DNA from: Chitinophaga pinensis
Lineage (GTDB): Bacteria; Bacteroidota; Bacteroidia; NS11-12g; UBA955
Assembly (NCBI GenBank): GCA_945871905.1
Contig: CAMBXL010000004.1
Location: 67,375 to 131,374 of the forward strand
Direction of reading: 5' to 3'
DNA length: 64,000 nt
Shown in pieces: positions 19,831-29,894 of the stretch. The stretch's first letter is position 1; each line of letters starts with the position of its first letter. Position numbers and translations under genes: made by a program. The notes under the pieces were generated by a model that did not search any database, had not been told where the DNA came from, and saw nothing but the letters and a program-made list of their open reading frames with translations.

Positions 19831-21024
19831 TTAATTGTTTAAACATTGATAGGCTAAAAAAGCCATTAATCCTGTTCCTGTTTCTAATGCCTCTTCATCG
19901 ACATCAAAACCATTGGTGTGAACTGGTTTGGTAATTCCTTTTTCTTCATTTCTAGTACCTAAACGATAAAAGCATGAAGGAACTTGTTGACTGTAATAAG
20001 CAAAATCTTCGGCCGCCATCCAAATGTCTAATGTTTCAACCTGTGACTGCCCCAAAAACAATTGTGCAAAATCCGACATCTGTTGGGTCAATTTTTCTTC
20101 ATTTTTTAAATAAGGATAACCATTCACAATATTAACCTCAGCTTGAGCACCAAAAGAACTAGCGATTTGCTCTGCCATTGACACAATTAATGATTTGGCA
20201 TTTGAACGCCAAGATTCATCAAGTGTTCTTAATGTTCCTTCGATAAAAACCCTGTTTGGTATTATATTAGTTGCCCCACCTTCTGAATTGATTTTACCAA
20301 AACTTAATACAGTTGGAATAATTGGAGATGCTTTTCTACTGACAATCTGTTGTAAATTAGTAATAATTGCAGCTGATACAGCTATAGGATCAACTCCCAT
20401 GTGTGGCATAGCGCCATGACCTCCTTTCCCTGTTATTGTTATGTATATTTCATCTGTACTTGCCATGTATAAACCTTTTCTGAATCCAACATTTCCAGTT
20501 TTTATTAATGGCATAACATGTTGACCAATCATAAAATCAACCGGAGGATTGGATAAAATACCTTCTTTGATTAACAAGCTAGCACCACCAGGCAATTTCT
20601 CTTCTCCAGGTTGGAATATCAATTTGACATTTCCGCTCAATTGGTCTTTTAACTGTGTTAATATTTTTGCAGCGCCAAGCAAACAAGCCGTATGAACATC
20701 GTGACCACAGGCATGCATTACTCCTTTATTTTGTGAAACATACGATTTTTTTGATTGCTCTTCAATTGGCAATGCATCTAAATCAGCCCTTAGTCCAACC
20801 GTTTTACCGGTTTTTTTACCTTCTATCATTGCCCAAACGCCCGTTTCTGAAATCCGATGTGTATGTAAACCTAATGATTGCAGATAACTTTCGACAAATT
20901 CAGCTGTTTCAAATTCTAGAAAAGATAATTCAGGATTAGAATGGAGATGATGCCTGATTTCAATAACCTCTTGGGCAATCTCTTTTGCTTTGTTTTTTAT
21001 GATATCTTGGACAGTTGTTGACAT
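19831..21024 (-). CDS. M20 family amidohydrolase (N-acyl-L-amino acid amidohydrolase/hippuricase-like)
   Basis: HACGHD, IFQPGEE, metal-binding His/Glu pattern and the dimerisation domain of M20D enzymes. Confidence 0.8.
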   Translation of the reverse strand: MSTTVQDIIKNKAKEIAQEVIEIRHHLHSNPELSFLEFETAEFVESYLQSLGLHTHRISETGVWAMIEGKKTGKTVGLRADLDALPIEEQSKKSYVSQNKGVMHACGHDVHTACLLGAAKILTQLKDQLSGNVKLIFQPGEEKLPGGASLLIKEGILSNPPVDFMIGQHVMPLIKTGNVGFRKGLYMASTDEIYITITGKGGHGAMPHMGVDPIAVSAAIITNLQQIVSRKASPIIPTVLSFGKINSEGGATNIIPNRVFIEGTLRTLDESWRSNAKSLIVSMAEQIASSFGAQAEVNIVNGYPYLKNEEKLTQQMSDFAQLFLGQSQVETLDIWMAAEDFAYYSQQVPSCFYRLGTRNEEKGITKPVHTNGFDVDEEALETGTGLMAFLAYQCLNN

Positions 21025-21068
21025 TGTTAATCGACTTAATTTTTTTTAGACAATAAAATTCCTCAAAT

Positions 21069-21689
21069 TTGCACTTTAAAATGAAATATTACAAACCTTT
21101 TCTATCTGTTTTATCGATAATTTTTCTTTTGTCGAGTTGTGATGACAAGGAAATTCCCGCTATTGACATTAATGAAGTTCCTAAGAAGTTTTTTAACATC
21201 CAAAATGGCTCTAAACTCACCTATGTAAATGTTAATGATACTAACAAAGAAACTGACTATTTTGTAGCTAATCACTACAACACTTATGTAAATCCAGATA
21301 TTTCTAACAACGAAGTTTTATATTATGAATTAGTTAGTCCTACTTCAAATGCTTCATTTTTAATAAGAATTGAATCAGGCGGCAAATCAATTAATGCATT
21401 CAATGATCGTATTTCTATGATTTACAAGTCTAACGATACATTTACAGTTGGTGCTTTGTTTTTCTATACAGATTCCAAATTTTTGCCTCCTGTTGAAGCA
21501 GGTGATTCTGTTCAATTGTTAGACAGCAGAACCATTGGAAATAGAATTTTTCAGTCAGTTTTAAGAGTTAAACTAAGAAATAACCCAATCTTTAATGAGG
21601 TTTATTTTGCCGAAGGTATTGGTTTGGTCGGCTATATCAGAAAAAATGGAAGTTTAGTTTATCTTAAAAAATCTACAATTTTAAGATAA
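21069..21689 (+). CDS. lipoprotein of unknown function
   Basis: Lipobox LLSSCDDK after a hydrophobic leader. No recognisable domain. 9-bp convergent overlap with cmk. Confidence 0.45.
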   Translation: MHFKMKYYKPFLSVLSIIFLLSSCDDKEIPAIDINEVPKKFFNIQNGSKLTYVNVNDTNKETDYFVANHYNTYVNPDISNNEVLYYELVSPTSNASFLIRIESGGKSINAFNDRISMIYKSNDTFTVGALFFYTDSKFLPPVEAGDSVQLLDSRTIGNRIFQSVLRVKLRNNPIFNEVYFAEGIGLVGYIRKNGSLVYLKKSTILR

Positions 21690-22373
21690 ATTCTTAATTA
21701 TATCATTAACCCAATCGATAGCAATAGTCAACTGTTGCTCCCTAGTCATTTCTGAATTATCCAAAACCAACGCATCCGATGCAGGTTTTAATGGACTTAT
21801 TGAACGTGAGGAATCCATGGAATCTCTCTCTGTTAAATTACTTAGAACATCATTATATGAAGTGTGAGTGTCACCACGCGATACTATTTCGTGATGTCTT
21901 CTTTGCGCTCTAACTTCAGGTCGTGCAGTCATAAATATTTTTAATTCGGCATCAGGAAACACAACTGTTCCAATATCTCTTCCATCCATAACCACTCCTT
22001 TGTGTAAACCAATTTGTTGCTGTTGATTAACCAAAAAATCTCTAACTTCTTTTATTGCACTAACTTCACTTACATATCTGCTCACCTCCATTGACCTGAT
22101 TTCTTTTTCTAAATTTTGGTCATTAATGTAGGTTTGATAAAACTTATCTTGTTCTGAATAAACAAATCTTATGTTGATTCTACTCAATAGATCCGATACT
22201 TTGTCAATTTTGGTTAACTCTATTTTCTCTTTTTGTATAGCCCAAGTTACAGCCCTATACATAGCGCCTGAATCTACAAATAAATAATTGAAATGATGGG
22301 CCAATGCTTTTGCTAATGTCCCTTTTCCACAACTTGAATAACCATCAATAGCAATATTTATTTTAGTACTCAT
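21681..22373 (-). CDS. cmk: (d)CMP kinase
   Basis: INIAIDGYSSCGKGTLAKALA P-loop and the cytidylate kinase pattern. 230 aa. Confidence 0.9.
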   Translation of the reverse strand: MSTKINIAIDGYSSCGKGTLAKALAHHFNYLFVDSGAMYRAVTWAIQKEKIELTKIDKVSDLLSRINIRFVYSEQDKFYQTYINDQNLEKEIRSMEVSRYVSEVSAIKEVRDFLVNQQQQIGLHKGVVMDGRDIGTVVFPDAELKIFMTARPEVRAQRRHHEIVSRGDTHTSYNDVLSNLTERDSMDSSRSISPLKPASDALVLDNSEMTREQQLTIAIDWVNDIIKNLS

Positions 22374-22374
22374 T

Positions 22375-23508
22375 TTAATTGAAAAGTGATTTTAAAAAAT
22401 CAATGGCAATATCTACCTCTTCTTTTTTGGTAGTTTTGCCAAATGAAAAACGAATTGGTGCATAACCTTCGTTCATATTGATTGCTCTAATTACATGCGA
22501 TCCTTTGTTACTTCCCGAAGAACATGCACTTCCACCTGAAACAGCAATTCCATTCAAATCGAATTGGAATAATAAAGTCTCAGTTGCCAAACGCGGTGGA
22601 ATTGCTAAATTTAAGACAGTGAATGAGCTTTGTCCATTAGAATCTCCGTTAAATTTAATTTCACTAAGCTCAGATTTAACTCTATCTATAAAATACGATT
22701 TAATTTCTTTTAGATGGTTTTGCTTTTCGGTTAATCCAGAATAGGCAATTTCCAATGCAAGTGACATACCTGCTATTCCATATACATTTTCTGTACCTGC
22801 TCTTAATTCACGTTCTTGAGAACCGCCACTTATTAGAGGTTTAAATTTATGTTTTTTCTTAACATACATAAAACCAACTCCTTTAGGTCCATTGAATTTA
22901 TGAGCTGCTCCAACTGCAAAGTCGATATTTACTCCGGTTTGTTCGTTAAAATTCAATGAATAGTTACCCATCGTTTGTACGGTATCACTGTGAAATAACG
23001 CATTGTATTTTTTACACAATTCACCTACTTCTTTCAAATCAATCATATTACCAATTTCATTATTGGCATGCATCAAACTCACTAAAACATTGCTTGAATT
23101 TTGGAGTAGTTGATCCAAATGTAACATATCAATGTGTCCAATAGGCGTAAGATTTAAATATTCAACATTAACTCCATTGTTTTCTTTTAACTCTTCAATA
23201 GTATGAAGAACAGCGTGGTGTTCTATGGGTGAAGAAATTATTGTTTTTACACCCAAGTCATGAACACTTCCTCTTAAAATTTGATTATCGGCTTCAGTAC
23301 CACCAGAAGTAAAAATAATTTCGGCAGGGGTTACATTCAGTAATTCAGCGATCTTCTTTCTAGAAGTTTCAATGTAAGCTTTTGCTTTTCTACCAAAAGA
23401 ATGCGAAGAAGATGGGTTACCAAAATCATCCTTTAATATTTGGTACATTAATTCAACTACCTCAGGGTTGATGGGCGAAGTAGCTGCATGGTCGAAATAA
23501 ATTTTCAT
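22375..23508 (-). CDS. cysteine desulfurase (class V aminotransferase, NifS/IscS-like)
   Basis: FTSGGTEADN, HK (PLP lysine in AAHKFNGPKG) and the C-terminal SGGSACSSG catalytic cysteine loop. Confidence 0.85.
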   Translation of the reverse strand: MKIYFDHAATSPINPEVVELMYQILKDDFGNPSSSHSFGRKAKAYIETSRKKIAELLNVTPAEIIFTSGGTEADNQILRGSVHDLGVKTIISSPIEHHAVLHTIEELKENNGVNVEYLNLTPIGHIDMLHLDQLLQNSSNVLVSLMHANNEIGNMIDLKEVGELCKKYNALFHSDTVQTMGNYSLNFNEQTGVNIDFAVGAAHKFNGPKGVGFMYVKKKHKFKPLISGGSQERELRAGTENVYGIAGMSLALEIAYSGLTEKQNHLKEIKSYFIDRVKSELSEIKFNGDSNGQSSFTVLNLAIPPRLATETLLFQFDLNGIAVSGGSACSSGSNKGSHVIRAINMNEGYAPIRFSFGKTTKKEEVDIAIDFLKSLFN

Positions 23509-23509
23509 T

Positions 23510-24406
23510 TTATTTAATAGATTGGTGGACTGAACAATAGCCTAATAATTTATACAAAAGTTTGGCTAAGTTAAATTGAGACACTATTTCACCTTCTTTT
23601 GGGGCGCATTCCACAATATCAAAACCGATAATTTGTTTTTTTTCGGCAACTTTTCTTAAAAACTTTAAACCTTGATGCCACATCAATCCACCCGGTTCAG
23701 CTGTTCCTACTGCAGGTATAACACTTGGGTCAAACCCATCGGCATCTATTGTAATATATACTTTATCTTCGAGTTTAGCAATACAAGCGTCCATCCAATC
23801 GTCGTTGTCTTGTATTTGATGTGCGAACCAAGTATTGATAAGTGGAGATGATTTTATTAAATCTGCCTCTTGTTTGCACTGGGCTCTTATACCAACCTGA
23901 CAAATAGGCAATTGCAAGTCGTGAACACGCGCCATTACGCTTGCATGTGAGTATGGATTATCGTGGTAAGCCAATCTTAAATCGCTGTGAGCGTCAATTT
24001 GTAACACAGAAAAATGTTTGTATTTATTTTTGAAAGCTTTTACAAATCCGTATGTTACAGTATGTTCTGCACCCAAAGAAATAACAAATTTGTCATTGTT
24101 TAAATGCTTTTCAGTTTCTTGTTCAATAATATCAATTGCTTCAGCATCAACTTTACCATTAAATTGCATTTCAGGCAAGGTACAAATACCAAATTTAGCA
24201 TAAGCTTCATGGTCTGTTTCCTCATCATAAAACTCAACAAAATGACTTGCTTTAATAATTTCGGATGGTCCAAATTTGCTTCCTTCAAGATACGATGAAG
24301 TATGCTCGTATGGGGCTGACTGAATTACTACCTTTGATGAATCGTATTGAAAAAACTCAGGTTCAGTTATTCCTAAGAAATTAGAATCGCTTGTTAAAAA
24401 ATCCAT
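23510..24406 (-). CDS. arginase-family ureohydrolase, probably agmatinase
   Basis: GAEHT, QIDAHSDLR and DADGFDP, the Mn-binding motifs of the arginase/agmatinase fold. Overlaps the efp stop by 1 bp. Confidence 0.7.
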   Translation of the reverse strand: MDFLTSDSNFLGITEPEFFQYDSSKVVIQSAPYEHTSSYLEGSKFGPSEIIKASHFVEFYDEETDHEAYAKFGICTLPEMQFNGKVDAEAIDIIEQETEKHLNNDKFVISLGAEHTVTYGFVKAFKNKYKHFSVLQIDAHSDLRLAYHDNPYSHASVMARVHDLQLPICQVGIRAQCKQEADLIKSSPLINTWFAHQIQDNDDWMDACIAKLEDKVYITIDADGFDPSVIPAVGTAEPGGLMWHQGLKFLRKVAEKKQIIGFDIVECAPKEGEIVSQFNLAKLLYKLLGYCSVHQSIK

Positions 24407-24969
24407 TATTTTACTCTTTCAACGTATTCTATTGTTCTTAAATCAATTTTAATTTTATCGTTAGTATTAACGAAAAGTGGAACCATTACAGAAGCGCCTG
24501 TAGAGACCGTTGCAGGTTTTAATGTGTTAGTTGCAGTATTTCCTCTTTCACCAGGTTCGGTGTAAACAACTTCTAAATCAACGTGAGTTGGTGGAGTTGC
24601 CCCAATTGGTGTTTCTCCGTCTACAAATGAAACCAAAATCGTCATATTTTCAATCATAAATGCAGAAGCATTTCCAAAAAAAGCTTCAGGAATATTGTAT
24701 TGCTCAAAAGACTCATTGTCCATACAGATTAAATCAGTTCCATCTTTGTACAGATAATTAAGCTCTCTAACCTCTACTCTTACAATTTCAACCTTTTCAC
24801 CGGTGTTAAATCTGTTTTCAGCAGACTTGCCATTTTTAACGTTTTTCATCTTAACTTGATAAAAAGCTCTTAAATTACCCGGTGTACGGTGAATGAATTC
24901 TGTTATTTGGACTAACTCGCCATTGAACTTAATGAACATTCCTACTGATAAATCTGATGCTGTTGCCAT
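24406..24969 (-). CDS. efp: translation elongation factor P
   Basis: MATASDLSVGMFIKFNGELVQITEF...ATPPTHVDLEV...VPLFV is the EF-P three-domain pattern. Start set at the Met that gives the usual ~188-aa length. Confidence 0.9.
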   Translation of the reverse strand: MATASDLSVGMFIKFNGELVQITEFIHRTPGNLRAFYQVKMKNVKNGKSAENRFNTGEKVEIVRVEVRELNYLYKDGTDLICMDNESFEQYNIPEAFFGNASAFMIENMTILVSFVDGETPIGATPPTHVDLEVVYTEPGERGNTATNTLKPATVSTGASVMVPLFVNTNDKIKIDLRTIEYVERVK

Positions 24970-25109
24970 ATATATATTTTTGGCAAAAATAAAACATTCT
25001 CTTTTTTTATCCAAAGATTAGTTATACCAACTCTAGTAATGTTTTCAATTAGTCAATTATTGCTTACCAAACCTGCAATTGTAATCTAAAATATAAGATT
25101 GACCTTTGT

Positions 25110-26540
25110 TTAGTTTTCTATCTTTTCAAAGATGTGAATGTCATACTGTGTCACATTTTCAGAAGGTTTAATATGTCCTTCAATAAAATGCAATTCCTGG
25201 TATTTCGGATTTTGAAGCAACCATTCTAGTGGCATATTTCCCTCGCGAACTGCCGAAAAACCATCCCATATCACAATAACTCCTTTAGCTGCCCAATCGT
25301 TTTTTTTGTCAATCGACCACACATAATATGAATTGCTTACATCTAAATAATCCTTATCGAAATAGACGTTGAAATAAGGTGATTGATGAATAATAGGTCT
25401 GTTCATCAATTTATTCTCGATCAACCACTCTCCTGCTTTTATGAAATTAACTTGCGATTCGTCTTTTTTGACTGTGGCTTTATTAAGTTGATACGGTTTG
25501 GCATAACCAGTCTCTTTGTATCCTACCCAAACCACTATTAATGCTATTATGAAATATAGTTGTTTTTGAAATTTAAAGTTCGCAAAACAAGTATTCATGA
25601 AATAAAATACACTTAATACCAAGGCAGGGGCTATTACTGCCATTACTCTTGTTAGACCATGTGAACCAAGAATTCCCCAATAAAAGATTAGAGTATGCGC
25701 TATGAAATAAAACCAAAAAATCAAAATTGGAAGCAACCATTTAAAATCCAATTTCTTGTTTTTGATACTTAAATACAAATAGGTTAAATTAGACAATACA
25801 AAAAGTAGTAACAATGGCAAACCAAACAATGCACGCGCTTGGTTAAAAAAATGCAAAAACGGTCCATTTCCGGGATCAAAAGCCCCCTTTAATTCATGTT
25901 TTAAGTATGGATTTGATGTTATAATCCAAAAGGGTTCTTGGGTTATAATAAATCCTACAATATTCATTACCAAACTTCCAATCAATAAATACAGTAAAAG
26001 TCTTGATTTTCTTTGCAAAATAACCAAAAAGAAAATTGCCGCTAAAATCACGAAACCCTCTGTTCTAACATAAGGTAAAAAGGATGCAACAATAAGAGTT
26101 GATTTAGTGTGATTTTTCATCCATAGATAAAAAACGAAGGACAATATTAAAGCATTGAGCGGTTCGGTTAGTCCCGAAATAATATTGGAAAGTAAAACTG
26201 GCGTAAATACAAGCAATGGAACAATAATCCATGTCTCTTTAAATGAGGTTTTAGATAATCCATGTGCAAGTAACCAAGCACTTAGAACAACACAAAATAT
26301 ATTAAAAGCTATTAAAGCCTCGAATCCGAATTGACAAACTCCGAATGTGAGCCACGTAAAAACTGGTTTATTCCATTGGTCTAGAAATAACTCAGGATGT
26401 TTTACCGATAATTTTGAAATAAGAAAATGATTCCAACTGTCTAAGCCGCCTTCAACACCTTGACTTTGAAACCATACAAAACCCAGTAAAGCAGAAACGA
26501 CGGCAATTGAAAATATGTTTTTTTTATCTGCTAAAAACAT
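25110..26540 (-). CDS. polytopic membrane protein with C-terminal soluble domain, possibly PMT/ArnT-like glycosyltransferase
   Basis: About 11 TM helices in the first 330 aa, then a hydrophilic C-terminal domain. No firm motif match. Confidence 0.45.
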   Translation of the reverse strand: MFLADKKNIFSIAVVSALLGFVWFQSQGVEGGLDSWNHFLISKLSVKHPELFLDQWNKPVFTWLTFGVCQFGFEALIAFNIFCVVLSAWLLAHGLSKTSFKETWIIVPLLVFTPVLLSNIISGLTEPLNALILSFVFYLWMKNHTKSTLIVASFLPYVRTEGFVILAAIFFLVILQRKSRLLLYLLIGSLVMNIVGFIITQEPFWIITSNPYLKHELKGAFDPGNGPFLHFFNQARALFGLPLLLLFVLSNLTYLYLSIKNKKLDFKWLLPILIFWFYFIAHTLIFYWGILGSHGLTRVMAVIAPALVLSVFYFMNTCFANFKFQKQLYFIIALIVVWVGYKETGYAKPYQLNKATVKKDESQVNFIKAGEWLIENKLMNRPIIHQSPYFNVYFDKDYLDVSNSYYVWSIDKKNDWAAKGVIVIWDGFSAVREGNMPLEWLLQNPKYQELHFIEGHIKPSENVTQYDIHIFEKIEN

Positions 26541-26547
26541 TGAATCA

Positions 26548-27483
26548 TTAGTTGGAATAGAACGTTATACTTCTGTCTAATCCTTGTTTGTCATTATCGA
26601 GATAAACAGTGTGAGTCGTAATAAAATTTAAAATTCTTTTCGAAATAATTCCCCACTGTATTTGGTAGGTATCGGCTATATAAATGTAGGGCAATATGGT
26701 TCTTTCACTATCATTTGGTGATTTGCGATTAAGGTAGTAATAGTAATCTTCTTGAAGAGTTTCATTGTCTTCAAAATTGGTATTAACAGACCCCGTAAAA
26801 AACATAGAATTTTTGAAAGTTGGTTTTTGTGTCAATTTGAAAGGAACTGACTTTTGGATAAGTTCGCCACCAAATGGATTAACTATTTCCTTAGCTATGC
26901 TATAGGTTTTATCAGTTGAATATGATTGACCAAAGAATTCAAGAAATTCTATAACTCTGGGAATAACGGTTTCTTCTACAATTTCCTGATTGTGATAATT
27001 AATGTAATAATATTTGAGAGTATTAGAATCCAACAAATTAGCTTGGTATTCTTTTTTGATATTGTCTATTAAAACTTGGGCAAAAAACTCCCAATTTACC
27101 AATTCTACAAACTCACCTTTGGGTGTGAGGGCAACTTGGTATGTTTCGGTTTTTAGAAAATTAAATTTATTCATTTCATCATTAGAGAAAACTCCATTTT
27201 TGAAATAATCAGAATAATTAAAATCAATTAAAACCAAAGTATCATTAACTTCTTTGACCTTAAAAACCATGTATGATGTGTCGTACATTAGGAATGTAAA
27301 ATGGCCATTTACATTTTGCCTAAACTTATTTTCAACCAATTGGTAAACAAGGCGTTCACCTGTTTTAAATTGTGGCACAAAATCGGTTTTTATAATTTCT
27401 TCCGTTGTCTGTGCAGAAAGAGACGATACGGATAATAATATAAAACCAATCCATTTAAAAAACCATCGATTTATGCTTTTCAT
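26548..27483 (-). CDS. secreted protein of unknown function
   Basis: Signal peptide MKSINRWFFKWIGFILLSVSSLSAQT. 311 aa. Starts 8 bp after the membrane-protein stop, so likely co-transcribed. Confidence 0.45.
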   Translation of the reverse strand: MKSINRWFFKWIGFILLSVSSLSAQTTEEIIKTDFVPQFKTGERLVYQLVENKFRQNVNGHFTFLMYDTSYMVFKVKEVNDTLVLIDFNYSDYFKNGVFSNDEMNKFNFLKTETYQVALTPKGEFVELVNWEFFAQVLIDNIKKEYQANLLDSNTLKYYYINYHNQEIVEETVIPRVIEFLEFFGQSYSTDKTYSIAKEIVNPFGGELIQKSVPFKLTQKPTFKNSMFFTGSVNTNFEDNETLQEDYYYYLNRKSPNDSERTILPYIYIADTYQIQWGIISKRILNFITTHTVYLDNDKQGLDRSITFYSN

Positions 27484-27495
27484 GTATGTTGTAGA

Positions 27496-29076
27496 TTAAA
27501 TTTTGAAGTCAGAAGTTGTATGGAACGTAATTTTTGGATTTTGTTCAATTGCAGAATTCAATATCCACGACGTTTCTGCCAAAAATACTAAATTATCATC
27601 TTTGTCTTTTACAATATTTTTATGCCTAAACTTAATAAATTCATCAATTGCTGATTTATCTCCGGTCATCCAACAAGCTTTATGGAAGTTTCTTGGCTCA
27701 AAACGACATTTTGCATTGTATTCATTTTCTAAACGGTATTGTATAACTTCAAATTGTAACTCACCAACGGTTCCTATGAACTTTCTATTCCCGGGATCTT
27801 GTCTAAACAACTGTGCAACACCCTCATCTGTTAATTGTTCTATTCCTTTTTCTAGTTGTTTAGATTTCATAGGGTCCAGATTAATAAGTTCTTTAAATAT
27901 TTCTGGAGAAAAACTCGGTACCCCTTTGTACATAAAATCTTCACCCTCTGTTAAGGTGTCACCAATTTTAAAGTTTCCAGTATCATATAAACCCACAACA
28001 TCTCCTGCAAAAGCATCTTCTAACAATGCTTTACTGTCTGCCATAAATGTAAATGGACTAGCAAATTTCATATTTTTGTCGAGACGGACATGGTGAAAAA
28101 ACTTATTTCTTTCAAACTTACCTGAGCACACTCTTAAAAACGCAATACGGTCGCGATGACGTGGGTCTAAATTGGCGTGTATTTTAAATATAAATCCCGA
28201 AAACTTATTTTCCTCAGGTGTTACCAATCTTTCACTACTTTGTCTTGCTTGTGGATACGGCGCTATTTCTAGAAATTTTTCAAGTAATTCTTTAACCCCA
28301 AAATTATTTAAGGCACTTCCAAAAAAAACAGGAGCAACATCTCCACTTAAATAATAATCAATATCAAAATCACCATAAACACCATCAATTAAATCTACAT
28401 CGGCTCTCAATTTATCAGCATCTTTTTCCAAAAGTTCATCAACCAATGGGCTGTTTAAATCATCAATCCTAACTATGTCTTTGGATATTTTTGTTTTGTT
28501 AGCTTCAAAAAAATTAAAACTATTGTCATACAATTTATAAACCCCTTTAAAATCTCTTCCCCCATTGATTGGCCAACTCATAGGACGAACACTAATGTCT
28601 AATTTTTTCTCTAGTTCATCCAACAAATCAAATGGGTCGCGACCATCACGGTCTACTTTATTTATAAATACAATAACAGGTGTATTTCGCATGCGACATA
28701 CCTCCATCAAGCGTTCGGTTTGTTCCTCAACCCCTTTAACACAATCTATCACCAATATAACACTATCAACAGCCGTAAGCGTTCTGTAGGTATCTTCCGC
28801 AAAGTCTTTGTGACCGGGAGTATCCAAAATATTAACTAACTTCCCGTTGTATTCGAAAGTCATTACAGATGTGGCAACAGAGATTCCTCTTTGTTTTTCA
28901 ATTTCCATAAAATCACTCGTTGCTGTTTTTTTGATTTTGTTAGACTTTACAGCACCTGCCGTTTGTATAGCTCCACCAAATAATAGAAATTTTTCTGTTA
29001 AAGTTGTTTTACCAGCATCCGGGTGACTGATAATTGCAAATGTTTTCCTTTTATGGATTTCGTTGACCAAATTCAC
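27496..29076 (-). CDS. prfC: peptide chain release factor 3
   Basis: [36 protein letters not shown] is the RF3 GTPase N-terminus. 526 aa. Confidence 0.9.
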   Translation of the reverse strand: MNLVNEIHKRKTFAIISHPDAGKTTLTEKFLLFGGAIQTAGAVKSNKIKKTATSDFMEIEKQRGISVATSVMTFEYNGKLVNILDTPGHKDFAEDTYRTLTAVDSVILVIDCVKGVEEQTERLMEVCRMRNTPVIVFINKVDRDGRDPFDLLDELEKKLDISVRPMSWPINGGRDFKGVYKLYDNSFNFFEANKTKISKDIVRIDDLNSPLVDELLEKDADKLRADVDLIDGVYGDFDIDYYLSGDVAPVFFGSALNNFGVKELLEKFLEIAPYPQARQSSERLVTPEENKFSGFIFKIHANLDPRHRDRIAFLRVCSGKFERNKFFHHVRLDKNMKFASPFTFMADSKALLEDAFAGDVVGLYDTGNFKIGDTLTEGEDFMYKGVPSFSPEIFKELINLDPMKSKQLEKGIEQLTDEGVAQLFRQDPGNRKFIGTVGELQFEVIQYRLENEYNAKCRFEPRNFHKACWMTGDKSAIDEFIKFRHKNIVKDKDDNLVFLAETSWILNSAIEQNPKITFHTTSDFKI

Positions 29077-29208
29077 GTTGCAAATGTATTGTGAATAAAC
29101 GGATTTAAAAATCTCATTTTTTTATGATCAAATACAAGCTTTAATGGTTTAAATTTCATTAATTTATATTTGTTTTTACAATTTATGATTATAAATTTGC
29201 GATAAATA

Positions 29209-29826
29209 ATGAAAAGTTCATTTCTGCTGATTTTATTGCCATTTATGGCCTGTCACACCAAGGACAATCCTTCCACCAAGGAGGTATTGACTGAATTGGC
29301 TGCCAAAAACGAATGGTTAAACCAGGATGAATCTTTTGAAAAACCTGACGATAACTCAGATATCGAAATCAATCTGTATGATTCTACCAAAGAATTAGTG
29401 TTTGTCTCCGACCTCAACAATGACGAGATTAAAGATTCCATTTGGCGATTTTTCATAGAGGGAAATCAACATTTTGTTTCTACATTTTCAAACACTCCTC
29501 TTATTATTTCGGGTCAAAGTCCTTATAAATTTTTCAATTCAGGCGATTTAAATCAAGACAATTGGAGTGAAATTGTATTAATAGAAGAAATCCGTGAAGG
29601 ATGTTGGGCGGAACTACTTGTATACAGCTACAAAAAAGAATGGCAACTAAAATTAAAAACCATAACTAGCTTGTGTGCAGGTGATTTTTATTTCAAAAGT
29701 GAAATTGTTGACAAACGAAATGCCATCTTTACAAGTTATGGTTTTGTGAAAGACAGTATACAAAATAATGACACTTTTGAAATTGTGGATCCCAACGCTC
29801 CTGTTCGCCACACTATTACTTGGTAA
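29209..29826 (+). CDS. lipoprotein of unknown function
   Basis: Lipobox-like leader MKSSFLLILLPFMACH. No recognisable domain. Confidence 0.45.
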   Translation: MKSSFLLILLPFMACHTKDNPSTKEVLTELAAKNEWLNQDESFEKPDDNSDIEINLYDSTKELVFVSDLNNDEIKDSIWRFFIEGNQHFVSTFSNTPLIISGQSPYKFFNSGDLNQDNWSEIVLIEEIREGCWAELLVYSYKKEWQLKLKTITSLCAGDFYFKSEIVDKRNAIFTSYGFVKDSIQNNDTFEIVDPNAPVRHTITW

Positions 29827-29894
29827 ATTTTATAAAATAGTAAGGTCTAGTTTCAAAATTACCCTTATATTTGCAAACTTTTTGTTCATTATCA

